In this document: positions 11,601-19,904 of the stretch, one piece after another | Numbering within the stretch: position 1 is the stretch's first letter | Layout of the letters: the number at the start of each line of letters is the position of its first letter | Assembly (NCBI GenBank): GCA_965199955.1 | Contig: CBDATQ010000001.1 | Location: 1,184,001-1,248,000 of the forward strand | Source: Spirochaetia bacterium | GTDB taxonomy: Bacteria; Spirochaetota; Spirochaetia; SZUA-6; Bin103 | DNA length: 64,000 bases | Reading direction: 5' to 3' | Notes under the pieces: generated by a model | Told to the model about the DNA's origin: nothing | Seen by the model: the letters and a program-made list of their open reading frames with translations, nothing else | The model's database searches: none | Translations under genes and position numbers: made by a program

Positions 11601-13135
11601 TGCCCTGGGACGGCAGTGACGACTCGGGGGACCGCGTGGACGACGGACAGTATGCCGCGACGTTCACGGTCGAGTACGCGAAAGGGGACGTGAGCCGGGT
11701 TGCCGGTACGGCCGTGACGTTGGACACACGGCCGCCGGCGGTGCGCGTCGGAGCGCCGTATCTGCTGTTCTCCCCCGACGGCGACGGGCGCCGGGACACG
11801 ATCACGCTGACGCACGAGGCGACGCCCGGGGACCGGTGGGAGGCGACGATCACCGACGACCGGGACGGCGCCGTGGTCCTGCGGCGGGTATGGCAGGAGG
11901 AGGGGCCTCTGCCGGACCTGGTGTGGGACGGCCGCACCGAATCCGGCGCCGCCGTGCCGGACGGCAGCTACACCTACCGCATCGCTAGCGTCGATGCCGG
12001 AGGAAACAGCGTCAGTGCGGTCCTGGAAGGAATCCAGGTCGACACCGTCACCACCGTCGCCGCGGTCTCCGCCTCCGGCGATGCCTTCTCCCCCAACGGC
12101 GACGGCGACCGCGACACGATCGACATCTTCATATCCGCCACCACGTCGGTGCAGATCGACCGCTGGGCGCTGACGATCTACGACGGCACGGCCAGTCCGG
12201 TGCGCGTCTTCGGCGGAGGACGGGGCGCCGCGCCGCTCCCGGAGGCGATCGTCTGGGACGGGCGCAGCGACCGCGGCAACAAGGTGCCGGACGGGTTCTT
12301 CCGCGCATCCCTGGGGATCGAGTACGTGAAGGGAAACATCGTCGAAGCGGCCACCGATCCCTTCCTGATGGACTCGGAGCCGCCACGGGCAACGATCGAG
12401 ACGCAGCTCGACACGCCGTCGTTGCCGTTCTCACCGGACGACGACGGCGTGAACGACAGGCTGACGATCCTGCTGGACGCCTACGACGAAGGCGGCATCG
12501 CGTCATGGACGCTGCAGATCCTGGACCCGCGGGGGCAGCTCTTCGACTCGTCGAGCGGCAGCGGCAGCGCTCCGCCGCCGGCCTTCGAGTGGGGCGGCTT
12601 CTCCAGGGAGACGGGTGAGCTGGTCGAGGCAGCGGTCGACTACACGCTGCAGATGGAGGTGTTCGATCACGTCGGCAACCGGACGACGGCATCGGCGGTC
12701 GTACCGATCGACGTCCTGGTGTTGCGGGAGGGCGACCGTCTGCGCATCCGCATATCGAGCATCACCTTCGCGCCGAACACCGCCGATTACCGGCGTCTCG
12801 GCGACGCGGAGAAGACGCGCAGGAACCTGCGGACGCTCGACCGCCTTGCCGAGATTCTGCACCGCTACGGCACCTACAGCATCCTGCTGGAGGGGCACGC
12901 GGTATCCGTGCACTGGGCCGACGCGGAGAAGGCCCGCCAAGAGCAGGAGGAGGTGCTGCTGCCGCTTTCCGCGGCCCGTGCGGAGGCCGTGCGCGCCGCG
13001 TTGATCGAGCGCGGTGTCGATGGCAGCCGGATGACCACCACCGGACTGGGCGGCGCGCAGCCGCTGGTCCCGCACGGCGACGAGCGCAACCGCTGGAAGA
13101 ACCGCCGCGTCGAGTTCTGGCTGAACAGGCCGTGA
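8693..13135 (+). CDS. Large secreted protein with 12 FlgD-like Ig repeats and a C-terminal OmpA/MotB peptidoglycan-binding domain (start uncertain: 8618, 8693 or 8708)
   Basis: N-terminal signal peptide; repeated FSP[ND]GDG..D ... WDG ... DG.Y units; C-terminal EGHA...LSAARAEAVR..L...G.G..QP.VP....RWKNRRVEF. Confidence 0.85.
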   Translation: MRARRMVVGALLVGATGWLSALGGDEQPAPAVAVNADPPHFSPAHSPGENDTTRLVTAVDVQQAGAVVKAYRLVISDEDGRPVRTMDGDSGEPIPDVVPRLLIDLGLQEPASIEVPESFTWDGRDDRGARVLEGVYRFVLEVTDDFGNTGRSEPRQVMVDDTPPAVTVEAEYPIFSPDGDGSRDSLPILQTGSSEVRWSGRFFDSLGAVVRTFLWTDGPPADFLWDGRDSDGRVLPDGTYRYRMSALDLAGNDTVVTVDGIVIDTVTRRLEIDLALPAFSPNGDGVLDEMIFPVTIDVGDSLVDWQAEVRDADARVMRTMSGPAPVPQPLRFDGRNDERAVIAEGDYTLVLSARYTNGSTRVVASPPFTLDVTPPDAFVQLHYETISPNGDGVRDELLVTQESSGDGAWLVSITDERGEPVWSERAPVASVTFRWDGRDSLGRRVADGRYLYELSGRDGAGNGFSSGPLAFTVDTREATASLQAGRTHFSPNGDGIQDTVEIAPELSVTDSIESAQLEIADASGTVWYRERGRAAVERFAWTGLAGDGKPFPDGEYSVRLAVQYANGTSAAAEGEPITLDTTYPTIEASTDDLLFSPDGDGVKDELLIKQASSSEEIWEARFIDQDGMAVATASWQGRVADYRWNGMDDQGAPGADGTYQYQVTATDAAGNSVTALLPGIRLDTRQTEARVDVAEAERTGAAVAFSPNADGELDEMLFSLSATPDVPVETWTLAVLDSSEAPVRIFRGGRELPATQRWLGRATTGDMAQDGEYTAVFTVVYRKGDVAEDRLDVPIILDTVYPAFEVEADYLLFSPDGDGNRDVLRITHATDAEHEWHTELVAADGTIVRELTVSDGALRDLVWDGTDSQGTRVPDGEYRYRVRGTDAAGNVTTGELPPIRVDTRTGAAWMEASTTGFSPNGDGVDDEMFFELRVTEELPLQAWELVIADVGGDAVRTYSGVSETIFPMRLPWDGSDDSGDRVDDGQYAATFTVEYAKGDVSRVAGTAVTLDTRPPAVRVGAPYLLFSPDGDGRRDTITLTHEATPGDRWEATITDDRDGAVVLRRVWQEEGPLPDLVWDGRTESGAAVPDGSYTYRIASVDAGGNSVSAVLEGIQVDTVTTVAAVSASGDAFSPNGDGDRDTIDIFISATTSVQIDRWALTIYDGTASPVRVFGGGRGAAPLPEAIVWDGRSDRGNKVPDGFFRASLGIEYVKGNIVEAATDPFLMDSEPPRATIETQLDTPSLPFSPDDDGVNDRLTILLDAYDEGGIASWTLQILDPRGQLFDSSSGSGSAPPPAFEWGGFSRETGELVEAAVDYTLQMEVFDHVGNRTTASAVVPIDVLVLREGDRLRIRISSITFAPNTADYRRLGDAEKTRRNLRTLDRLAEILHRYGTYSILLEGHAVSVHWADAEKARQEQEEVLLPLSAARAEAVRAALIERGVDGSRMTTTGLGGAQPLVPHGDERNRWKNRRVEFWLNRP

Positions 13136-13152
13136 CCTGAACAGGCCGTGAC
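13121..13152. repeat. Perfect 16-bp tandem duplication CTGAACAGGCCGTGAC spanning the stop codon of the OmpA-domain gene
   Basis: Direct reading: 13121-13136 equals 13137-13152. Confidence 0.9.
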
Positions 13153-13233
13153 CGGGGTCAATCTGACCGTCGGCCGCGGTCGCCGGAACGGCCGGCGGTC
13201 AGGAGATGGCGTACCGGTCGTGGCGTCGCTGGG

Positions 13234-13557
13234 TCAGGAGCCGCGCCGGCGGAACAGGCTGGAGAAGAAGGACACCGCACCGGCAACGATCAGGCCGATG
13301 CCGGTAATCGCCGCCCCGGCCTGCAGCAGTCCGCCGAGCAGCACCAGCACGCCGGCGCCCGCAAGGCTGGCCCATCCGGCGTTGCGCCGCGTGCGGTCGG
13401 TCAGCAGGATGTAGCCACCCCAGATGGCGGCCGCCCCCGCGACCAGGTATTCGATCGGTCCGGCAAACAGGATTCCCTTCGCGAGCAGCACCACCGCCCC
13501 CGCGCCGGCCAGGAATAGGCCGTTCGACCCCGTCTTGATCAGGCTGCGCTCTTCCAT
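13234..13557 (-). CDS. Small hypothetical membrane protein
   Basis: MEERSLIKTG start; Gly/Ala-rich hydrophobic helices; basic C-terminus. Confidence 0.65.
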   Translation of the reverse strand: MEERSLIKTGSNGLFLAGAGAVVLLAKGILFAGPIEYLVAGAAAIWGGYILLTDRTRRNAGWASLAGAGVLVLLGGLLQAGAAITGIGLIVAGAVSFFSSLFRRRGS

Positions 13558-13618
13558 GGTCTTTGCAAATGTGTGGGACCTTCCGTCCCGGCGGCAACCT
13601 CGGTACCGATCATCGTCG

Positions 13619-14836
13619 TCACGGAATCGCCAGCCGCAACCCGGCAAGCCCGCGGATCACGAACGTGGGGTTGTAGACGGACTCGCCGTCCAGCTCCACG
13701 TCCGGGACGGTGGCCGCCAGGTCGGCCAGGGCGACCGCGAGCTCGTGGCGGGCCAGGGGGGCCCCCACGCAGAAGTGGATGCCGCCGCCGAAGCCGACGT
13801 GGGCCGGATCCCCGCGCGCCACGTCGAAGCGGTCGGGGCGGGCGAACCGGCGCGGGTCGCGCTGCGCGGACCCGAACAGCATGGCCACCTGTTTGCCCAC
13901 GGCCAGCGGCTGGCCGGCGATCTCGACGCCCGGCTCGAGCACCCAGCGTGCGAACATCTGCAGGGGGGAGTCCCACCGCAGCAGCTCATCGACCGCCGTG
14001 GCCGCGCCCACTTCGCCGGCCACGAGGCGGCGCCACTGCTCGCGATGGGTCAGCAGCGCCCTCATGCCGTTGCCCAGCGCGTTGACCGTGGCCTCGTGCC
14101 CGGCTTCCAGCAGCACCATCGTGGTGGAAACGATCTCGTCGTCGCTGAGGCGGTCGCCGCCGTCGGAAGTCCGCACGAGCTGCGAGACCAGGCGGCCGTC
14201 CGGTGAACGGCGTTTGTCGTCGATCAGCGCCCGTGTGTAGTCGATGAACTCGCCTGCCGCCGCGTCGGCCCGCGCCTTGAGATCGTCGGAAGCCGACAGT
14301 TCGTACATCTTGACGATGGCGTGCGACCAGGAAAGCAGACGCCGGGTGTCGGCGCGGGGCACGCCCAGCACCTCTGCGATCACGGCCACGGAGTAGGGCT
14401 GTGCGTAGTCTGCCAGCAGGTCGAAGGTCCGTTTCTGCCGGCAGCGGTCGACGAGCTCCCACGAGAGCCCGGCGATCACCGGTCCCAGCCCGGCCACCGA
14501 GCGGGAGGTGAACACCTTGGAGAGCAGCTTCCGGATCCGGGTGTGGTCCGGCGGTTCGAGGCTCAGCAGCGACCATCGCTCGTGCCGGTGGAAGGAGGCC
14601 CAGCGGGGGTCGGGAGGCGGCTGACCCAGCTCGGCCGGGGTGTGCCGGTGGTGGTAGACGCGGCCGAGCCGGCGGTCGCGCAACGTCTCGTACACGTCGG
14701 CGAACCGCGTGAGCATCCACTGTCCGGTCTGCTCGCTGCGAAAGATCGGTGTCGCCTCCCGGATCCGCCCCAAAGCGGGATACGGATCGGCAAGGAACGC
14801 GGGATCGTAGAAGTCCAGTCCCCGGTTCAGGTTCAT
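13619..14836 (-). CDS. Cytochrome P450
   Basis: Start MNLNRGLDFYDP (the track ORF is over-extended); EPPDHTRIR, AGHEAT I-helix, ELLR (ExxR), FGGGIHFCVG heme motif. Confidence 0.93.
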   Translation of the reverse strand: MNLNRGLDFYDPAFLADPYPALGRIREATPIFRSEQTGQWMLTRFADVYETLRDRRLGRVYHHRHTPAELGQPPPDPRWASFHRHERWSLLSLEPPDHTRIRKLLSKVFTSRSVAGLGPVIAGLSWELVDRCRQKRTFDLLADYAQPYSVAVIAEVLGVPRADTRRLLSWSHAIVKMYELSASDDLKARADAAAGEFIDYTRALIDDKRRSPDGRLVSQLVRTSDGGDRLSDDEIVSTTMVLLEAGHEATVNALGNGMRALLTHREQWRRLVAGEVGAATAVDELLRWDSPLQMFARWVLEPGVEIAGQPLAVGKQVAMLFGSAQRDPRRFARPDRFDVARGDPAHVGFGGGIHFCVGAPLARHELAVALADLAATVPDVELDGESVYNPTFVIRGLAGLRLAIP

Positions 14837-14847
14837 CCGGGTCCCGG

Positions 14848-16959
14848 TCAAGGCCGTCGGGGCGAGGACAGGCTCAGGTAGCGCTCCAGCCGGCCGGCGG
14901 CGTCGGCGAGATCCTGGCCGTTCGCGAGCGCGTCGCGGAACAGGTCCCCCGTGCGCGCAAGCCGCTCGGGAACCGTGTCCAGCGTGAAGCGGGACGGCGA
15001 TAGATCGGCGTCCAGCTCGTCCCAGGACAGAGGCGCGGATACCGTTGCACCGGCGACTGGCCGCACCGCGTAGGGCGGCACGACCGTCTGCTCCCGGCGG
15101 TTCTGCAGGAAGTCCACGTACACCCGGTCGCCGCGCCGGGCGGCCGACCGCTCGACGGTGGCGATGTCGCGGTGCTCCCGGACGACGACCCGCGCCAGTC
15201 CCTCGCAGAACATGCGCGCCTGGTCGTAGGTGTAGCCGCCGGCCAGAGGGACGTAGACGTGCATGCCCGACTTGCCCGAGGTCTTCGGATAGCCGGCGGT
15301 CTCCATGCCGTGCAGGACCCTGGCCAGCGTTCGCGCCACCCGCACCACCTTCGCGAACGAGGACCCCTTGGCGTCCAGGTCGATGACCGCCCAGTCCGGG
15401 GCGTCGAAGTCGTCGATCCTGGACAGCCATGGATGAAAATCGATGCTGCCGAGGTTGACCATGTACAACAGCGTGTCGCGGTCTCCGCATACGATGTAGC
15501 GTGCCTCCTGGTCACCGGTGGACACGTCCACCGTGGGCACCCACGACGGCAGATGCGGCACCTGCTTCTGATAGAACCCCTCGCCGTCGACGCCGTCGGG
15601 GTAACGCAGCAGGTGGATGGGACGCGAGTGCAGGTAGGGGAGCAGCGAATCGGCGACCGCAAGGTAGTAGTCGATCAGGTCGCCCTTGGTGTGGCCGCTG
15701 GCCGGCCAGTAGACCTTGTCCAGGTTGCCGAGCTTCACGCGTACGGCATCCGCGGGCGGCGCAGGCCGGCGTCGCAGCGCTTCGTCGATGGGCAGGCCGG
15801 CGGCGTCGCCGCCGGCGGGAAGCCGCACTCGTGCCCAGGCGTTCTGACGGCCCGGCCGATAGGCGGAATCGATGCGCTTCGCCACCAGCGCCTGCAGGCC
15901 GGCGGCCGATGCGGCGGCGGCCAGCCGCTCACCGTCCGCGGCGACGTGGTCCACGTACAGCACGGAGCCGCACGGCGTGAGGATCGACTTCAGCAGCGCC
16001 TTGCGGTCGAGCAGGGACAGCCCGCGCACATCCCAGTCCTCGTAGTGGAGGAGGTCGAACGCGTAGAACGCGACACCGGACGTGTCGCCGTCCGCCGCGT
16101 GGCGGTCGAGCTCGGCACGCGACGGCCGCCCGTGTCCGTCCACCGCCACCAGCATGCCGTCGATCACGGCGTGCTCGGCCCGCAACCCGCCGAGAGCGGC
16201 GAGGATGGCGTCGAAGCGGTCCGCGGCTCCGCCGTCCGCGGCGAGCAGCTCGGCCTGGCCGTCGCGGATGACGGCCAGCGTCCGCCGGCCCGCGAACTCC
16301 ATCTCGAACAGCCACGCCGCATCGGAGAATGCGGCCCGCTCGCCTGCCGGACGCATGGGCCGCGGCCGGGCGGGGACGGATGCATGCCGGGCGTCCCCCA
16401 GGTCGACGGCGCCGGGCGGATCGCCGGGCGAGCGCGCGTAGCGGTCCCGTGCCTTGAACAGCAGCCAGTCGTCGCCGGCCCCGGCCGTTCGCACCAGGTG
16501 CCACTCGCCGCGCAGCCGCCGGCCGCGCAGCACGACCTTGATCTCACCGGACGCCAGCGCCGCGGCCGTGCTCGGCGCGCGCCGGACCAGGTAGGTGCCG
16601 TGGTCCCAGATCTCCATGGTGCCGCCGCCGTACTGGCCTTTCGGGATCACCCCCCGGAACGCGATGTAGTCGAGCGGATGGTCTTCGGTGTGGACGGCAA
16701 GCCGTTTGTCCGTGGGATCAAAGGAGAAGCCTCGCGGCACGGCGAAGCACAGCAGCACGCCGTCCATCTCCAGCCGCAGGTCGTAGTGCAGGCGCCGGGC
16801 TTCGTGGCGGTGGACGACGAAGCGCAACCCGCCGCCGTCCGTGCCGCCCGCGGCGGGTTCGGGCGTCCGGGAGAAGTCCCGCTTGGCGCGGTAGCGGTCG
16901 AGCGCCTGTGTGCCGCCGGTGTCGCCGGCAGTCCTCGCCTGCCGGCGAGGTTCGATCAT
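14848..16959 (-). CDS. ligD: LigD-like NHEJ protein: 3'-phosphoesterase + degenerate ligase domain + AEP polymerase domain
   Basis: ATG overlaps the upstream TGA (ATGA). YRAKRDFSRTPEP, HEARRLHYDLRLE and EDHPLDY (phosphoesterase); NLDKVYWP, RYPDG, IDLD, KTSGKSGMH and VDFLQN (polymerase); ligase motif I reads EMEFAG. Confidence 0.88.
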   Translation of the reverse strand: MIEPRRQARTAGDTGGTQALDRYRAKRDFSRTPEPAAGGTDGGGLRFVVHRHEARRLHYDLRLEMDGVLLCFAVPRGFSFDPTDKRLAVHTEDHPLDYIAFRGVIPKGQYGGGTMEIWDHGTYLVRRAPSTAAALASGEIKVVLRGRRLRGEWHLVRTAGAGDDWLLFKARDRYARSPGDPPGAVDLGDARHASVPARPRPMRPAGERAAFSDAAWLFEMEFAGRRTLAVIRDGQAELLAADGGAADRFDAILAALGGLRAEHAVIDGMLVAVDGHGRPSRAELDRHAADGDTSGVAFYAFDLLHYEDWDVRGLSLLDRKALLKSILTPCGSVLYVDHVAADGERLAAAASAAGLQALVAKRIDSAYRPGRQNAWARVRLPAGGDAAGLPIDEALRRRPAPPADAVRVKLGNLDKVYWPASGHTKGDLIDYYLAVADSLLPYLHSRPIHLLRYPDGVDGEGFYQKQVPHLPSWVPTVDVSTGDQEARYIVCGDRDTLLYMVNLGSIDFHPWLSRIDDFDAPDWAVIDLDAKGSSFAKVVRVARTLARVLHGMETAGYPKTSGKSGMHVYVPLAGGYTYDQARMFCEGLARVVVREHRDIATVERSAARRGDRVYVDFLQNRREQTVVPPYAVRPVAGATVSAPLSWDELDADLSPSRFTLDTVPERLARTGDLFRDALANGQDLADAAGRLERYLSLSSPRRP

Positions 16960-18472
16960 CGCGCGGCCGCGCTTGCCGCCGCACGGGCCGGCGGCAGCGG
17001 GTAGTTCCCGGTGAAGCACGCGTCGCAGAAGCCGCTTACGTCTGCGCCGGAGCAGGCCGACAGCATGCCTTCCAGGGAAAGGAACCCCAGGCTGTCCACT
17101 CTGAGGTACCGGCGGATCTCCCCGACGGACATGCCGGAGGCGATCAGCTCGCCGTGAGTGGGGAAGTCCATTCCGTAGAAGCATGGCGAGATGACCGGCG
17201 GCGAGCAGATGCGCACGTGGATCTCCGCGGCGCCGGCCTTGCGGATGTCCATCAGGAGCTGCCGGAGCGTGGTGCCGCGCACCAGCGAGTCGTCGACCAC
17301 GACCACTTTTTTGCCCTTCAGCAGGCCGTCGACCGTGTTGAACTTGACGCGGGCGCGGAATTCGCGCTGGTCCTGGCGCGGCGCCATGAAGGTCCGTCCC
17401 ACGTAGTGGTTGCGGATGATGCCGAGCTCGTAGGGGATCCCCGACTGGTTGGAGTAGCCGAGCGCCGCGGTGTTGGCGGTGTCCGGCACGGCGATGACGA
17501 TGTCCTCGTCGGCCGGGTGCTCGGCCGCCAGCGTTCGCCCAGCCGGCGGCTCGCGGTATCCACGTACTGGTCGAACACGCGGCTGTCGGGGCGGGCGAAG
17601 TAGACGTACTCCACCACGCACGAAGCCTGCGGCGCCTGCTCCTCCAGCCGGTGGCTCTGCACGCCATCGGGACCCAGGACGACGATCTCTCCCCGCTCGA
17701 CCTCGCGGACGTAGCGCGCGCCGACCAGGTCCAGCGCGCAGGTCTCCGAGCTGGTCTGGAAGATCGCGCCGCTGTCAACCAGCTTCTCGCGGAGGGCCGC
17801 GGCGTTGGTGAAGTTGCCGTTGTGCGAGATCGCCGTGGGACCTTCCTTGAACTCCACCAGGAAGGGCTGGGCGTTGTGCAGCAGCGTGGCGCCGGTGGTG
17901 GAGTAGCGGTTGTGGCCGAGCGCCAGGCTGCCCCGCAGGCCGCGCAGGATGCTCTGGTCGGCGAAGACCGATCGCACCTCGCCCATGCCGACGTGCCGGT
18001 AGGTCTGCGCGCCGTCGCTGGTGACGATGCCGGTACTCTCGTCGCCGCGATGCTGCATGGCATAGAGCGCCTGATACGCGAGCACGGCGGCGTTGCGATT
18101 GCCGTAGATGCCGACGATCGCGCAGTTGCACCGCGGCTTGTCCAGAGGGTCGGAGGAGTCCGTCCGCCCGCCGTCTTGATGAGCGCGAGAGCGATGAGCC
18201 GCGGTCGTGCGCAGCTTGGCGTCCAGCCGGCGGACGATCAGCTCGGCCAGTCCGGCCGCCGCTCCGGTGACATCGCGGTCGCGCGCCGCGGCCGCCAGCC
18301 ACCGCCGCGCCTGCGCCTCGTCGACGTCGAGACGGTAGAGCGCCGTGATCAGGCGGGCGCGATCGGTGCGGAGCAACGCGGCGAGTTGCCGCTGCAGGCC
18401 AGGGAGACCCTGCGCGGCCAGCGCCTGAAGATCGGCCGCGGCGTCTGCCCGCGCCGGCAGGCCGTCAGCCAC
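16956..18472 (-). pseudogene. purF: Amidophosphoribosyltransferase with an N-terminal hypothetical domain; internal deletion (~17747) and 1-nt frameshift (~17538)
   Basis: DKPRCNCAIVG, QHRG, GHNRYST, HNGN and EYVYFARPDS in one frame; VPDT, RNHYVGRTF, VVDDSLVRGTT and SPCFYGMDFPT in the next; AIFQTS is joined directly to SETCALD. Confidence 0.85.
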
Positions 18473-19313
18473 GGTTCAGTCTGTCGTCGATCGGTGCATC
18501 GATGCGGAATCCACGGGTGCCGGCGTCGGTGGTGACGGCGACCACCCCGTCGAGCCGGTCGCCGTCGACGGCTCCGGCCTCCACCGTCACGGCGACCGAG
18601 CCCGTGGCGGTCACCCGGTGCTCCTGCTCGCCAGCGTGCGCTACCACGCCGTCGGCGTGCGGAAAGAACCAGACCTGCCGGGCGTCTTCCGCATCGGGCA
18701 GCGGCACGGTGATGACCATCCGATCATCGAGCCGTCGCGCGCGGGCGCCGTCGAGCGCCGCCGGGATGCGCGAGCGCCATCGGTCGAACAGCGAACCGTT
18801 CTCGGCATCGGCGGGCCCGGCCCGTGGACGTACCCGCAGGGTCAGGCGAAGGCGTCCCTCTCCCGGAATGCACACGTCGGCGCAGACCAGCCAGAGTGCC
18901 TCCGCGGCGAGTTCCACGCGGCCGCGCTCGAGAGCGGCCGGAGGGGTGATCATGACCGGGAGCAGCACTTCGCCGGAGTAGCCGAAGTTCATCAGATCGC
19001 CGTACGGCATGCGCTCGGGGACCGGCCAGTGGATGGATGACGCCGTCCACCCGTCGGGCAGGTGCCACTCGATTCGGGCCGCCGCTCCGGAGTCTCCGGG
19101 GTTGCGCCAGTAGGTGTGCCAGCCGTCGTCCAGGGTCTGCAGCAACCCCACCCAGAAGGGCTGGCCCGGCGTGACGGTGGTCTGCTCGCTGACGAGCCGG
19201 ACGCGGATGTGCTGGCCGTCGACCTTGGCCTTGTCGGCGCAGCCGGCCAGCAGGGCGCTCAGCAGTACTGCGGTCCCGATGGCGCGATGTGCGGGTACGC
19301 TGAGGCGGTTCAC
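18465..19313 (-). CDS. Stand-alone DsbD N-terminal-domain (protein-disulfide reductase) lipoprotein
   Basis: Lipobox LLAGC; GWHTYWRNPGDSG; WLVCADVCIPG. Confidence 0.82.
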   Translation of the reverse strand: MNRLSVPAHRAIGTAVLLSALLAGCADKAKVDGQHIRVRLVSEQTTVTPGQPFWVGLLQTLDDGWHTYWRNPGDSGAAARIEWHLPDGWTASSIHWPVPERMPYGDLMNFGYSGEVLLPVMITPPAALERGRVELAAEALWLVCADVCIPGEGRLRLTLRVRPRAGPADAENGSLFDRWRSRIPAALDGARARRLDDRMVITVPLPDAEDARQVWFFPHADGVVAHAGEQEHRVTATGSVAVTVEAGAVDGDRLDGVVAVTTDAGTRGFRIDAPIDDRLNRG

Positions 19314-19385
19314 GGCACTGCGAGTCTACGAGGCTGCTGGCCGCGAACCAAGGAGTCTCTCCAGATGTGCCCAGATGTGCCGGCG

Positions 19386-19820
19386 CTACGTTCCTTCTGC
19401 GGGCCTGTCGTAGCCCTCCGCGGGCCTGCCCGGGCTTTCTCCGGATCTGCCGTAGCCCTCTGCGGACCTGTGCTGGCCTTCTCCGGACCTGCCGTGGCGC
19501 TTGTAGGGTAGCAACGCCAGCACCCGCGCCAGCTTGATCTGGCGTGCCAGGCGGCGCTGGTTCTTGGCGGAGGTGCCCGTCACGCGGCGTGGCAGGATCT
19601 TGCCGCTCTGCGTGATGAACCGCTCCAGGATCTCAGGCTTGCGATAGGTTATGTCCAGGTTCTTGGTCCGGTCGACCTTGCGCCGGTAGTAGGGACGCCG
19701 GCGCCCGCCGGGACCTCCCGGCCCGCCGCGCTCGCCGCCACCCTCACGCGGGCCGAATCCTCCGCCAGGGCCCTCTCCCTGCGGTTCGCGCTGCATCGGC
19801 TCGGTGGCCGACCTCGGCAT
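19386..19820 (-). CDS. rpsR: 30S ribosomal protein S18 (Cys-free type) with Gly-rich N-extension and repetitive C-tail
   Basis: [42 protein letters not shown] core; start uncertain (19853, 19820 or 19796). Confidence 0.9.
   Translation of the reverse strand: MPRSATEPMQREPQGEGPGGGFGPREGGGERGGPGGPGGRRRPYYRRKVDRTKNLDITYRKPEILERFITQSGKILPRRVTGTSAKNQRRLARQIKLARVLALLPYKRHGRSGEGQHRSAEGYGRSGESPGRPAEGYDRPAEGT
19393..19497. repeat. Five degenerate 21-bp tandem units encoding the S18 C-tail (xRSxEGx/xRPAEGx)
   Basis: Units start at 19393, 19414, 19435, 19456 and 19477, e.g. ccttctgcgggcctgtcgtag and ccttctccggacctgccgtgg. Confidence 0.85.
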
Positions 19821-19904
19821 GTTCTCTGACAAACGTATCCTCCAGCGTATCAATGATGGCGCGGCGCCCGGCGCCGCGGCAAGCGCGTGGTGGGAAACCT
19901 CGCG

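Noticed and set aside
9743..11815. Long antisense or alternative-frame ORFs (also 22491-24251, 25098-26675, 58214-60442, 60355-62118)
   Set aside because: Shadow ORFs typical of high-GC DNA; they overlap well-supported genes and have no motifs.
17500..17560. Programmed ribosomal frameshift in purF
   Set aside because: No slippery heptamer is visible and the gene also has a large deletion; decay or sequencing error is simpler.
14848..18063. 1071-aa ORF as one PurF-LigD fusion
   Set aside because: Only the C-terminal ~700 aa are LigD-like; the upstream part is an off-frame reading of purF. The real start is the ATG at 16959.
19393..19497. CRISPR-like array
   Set aside because: Units are contiguous, degenerate, in-frame coding repeats with no spacers; no cas genes in the window.
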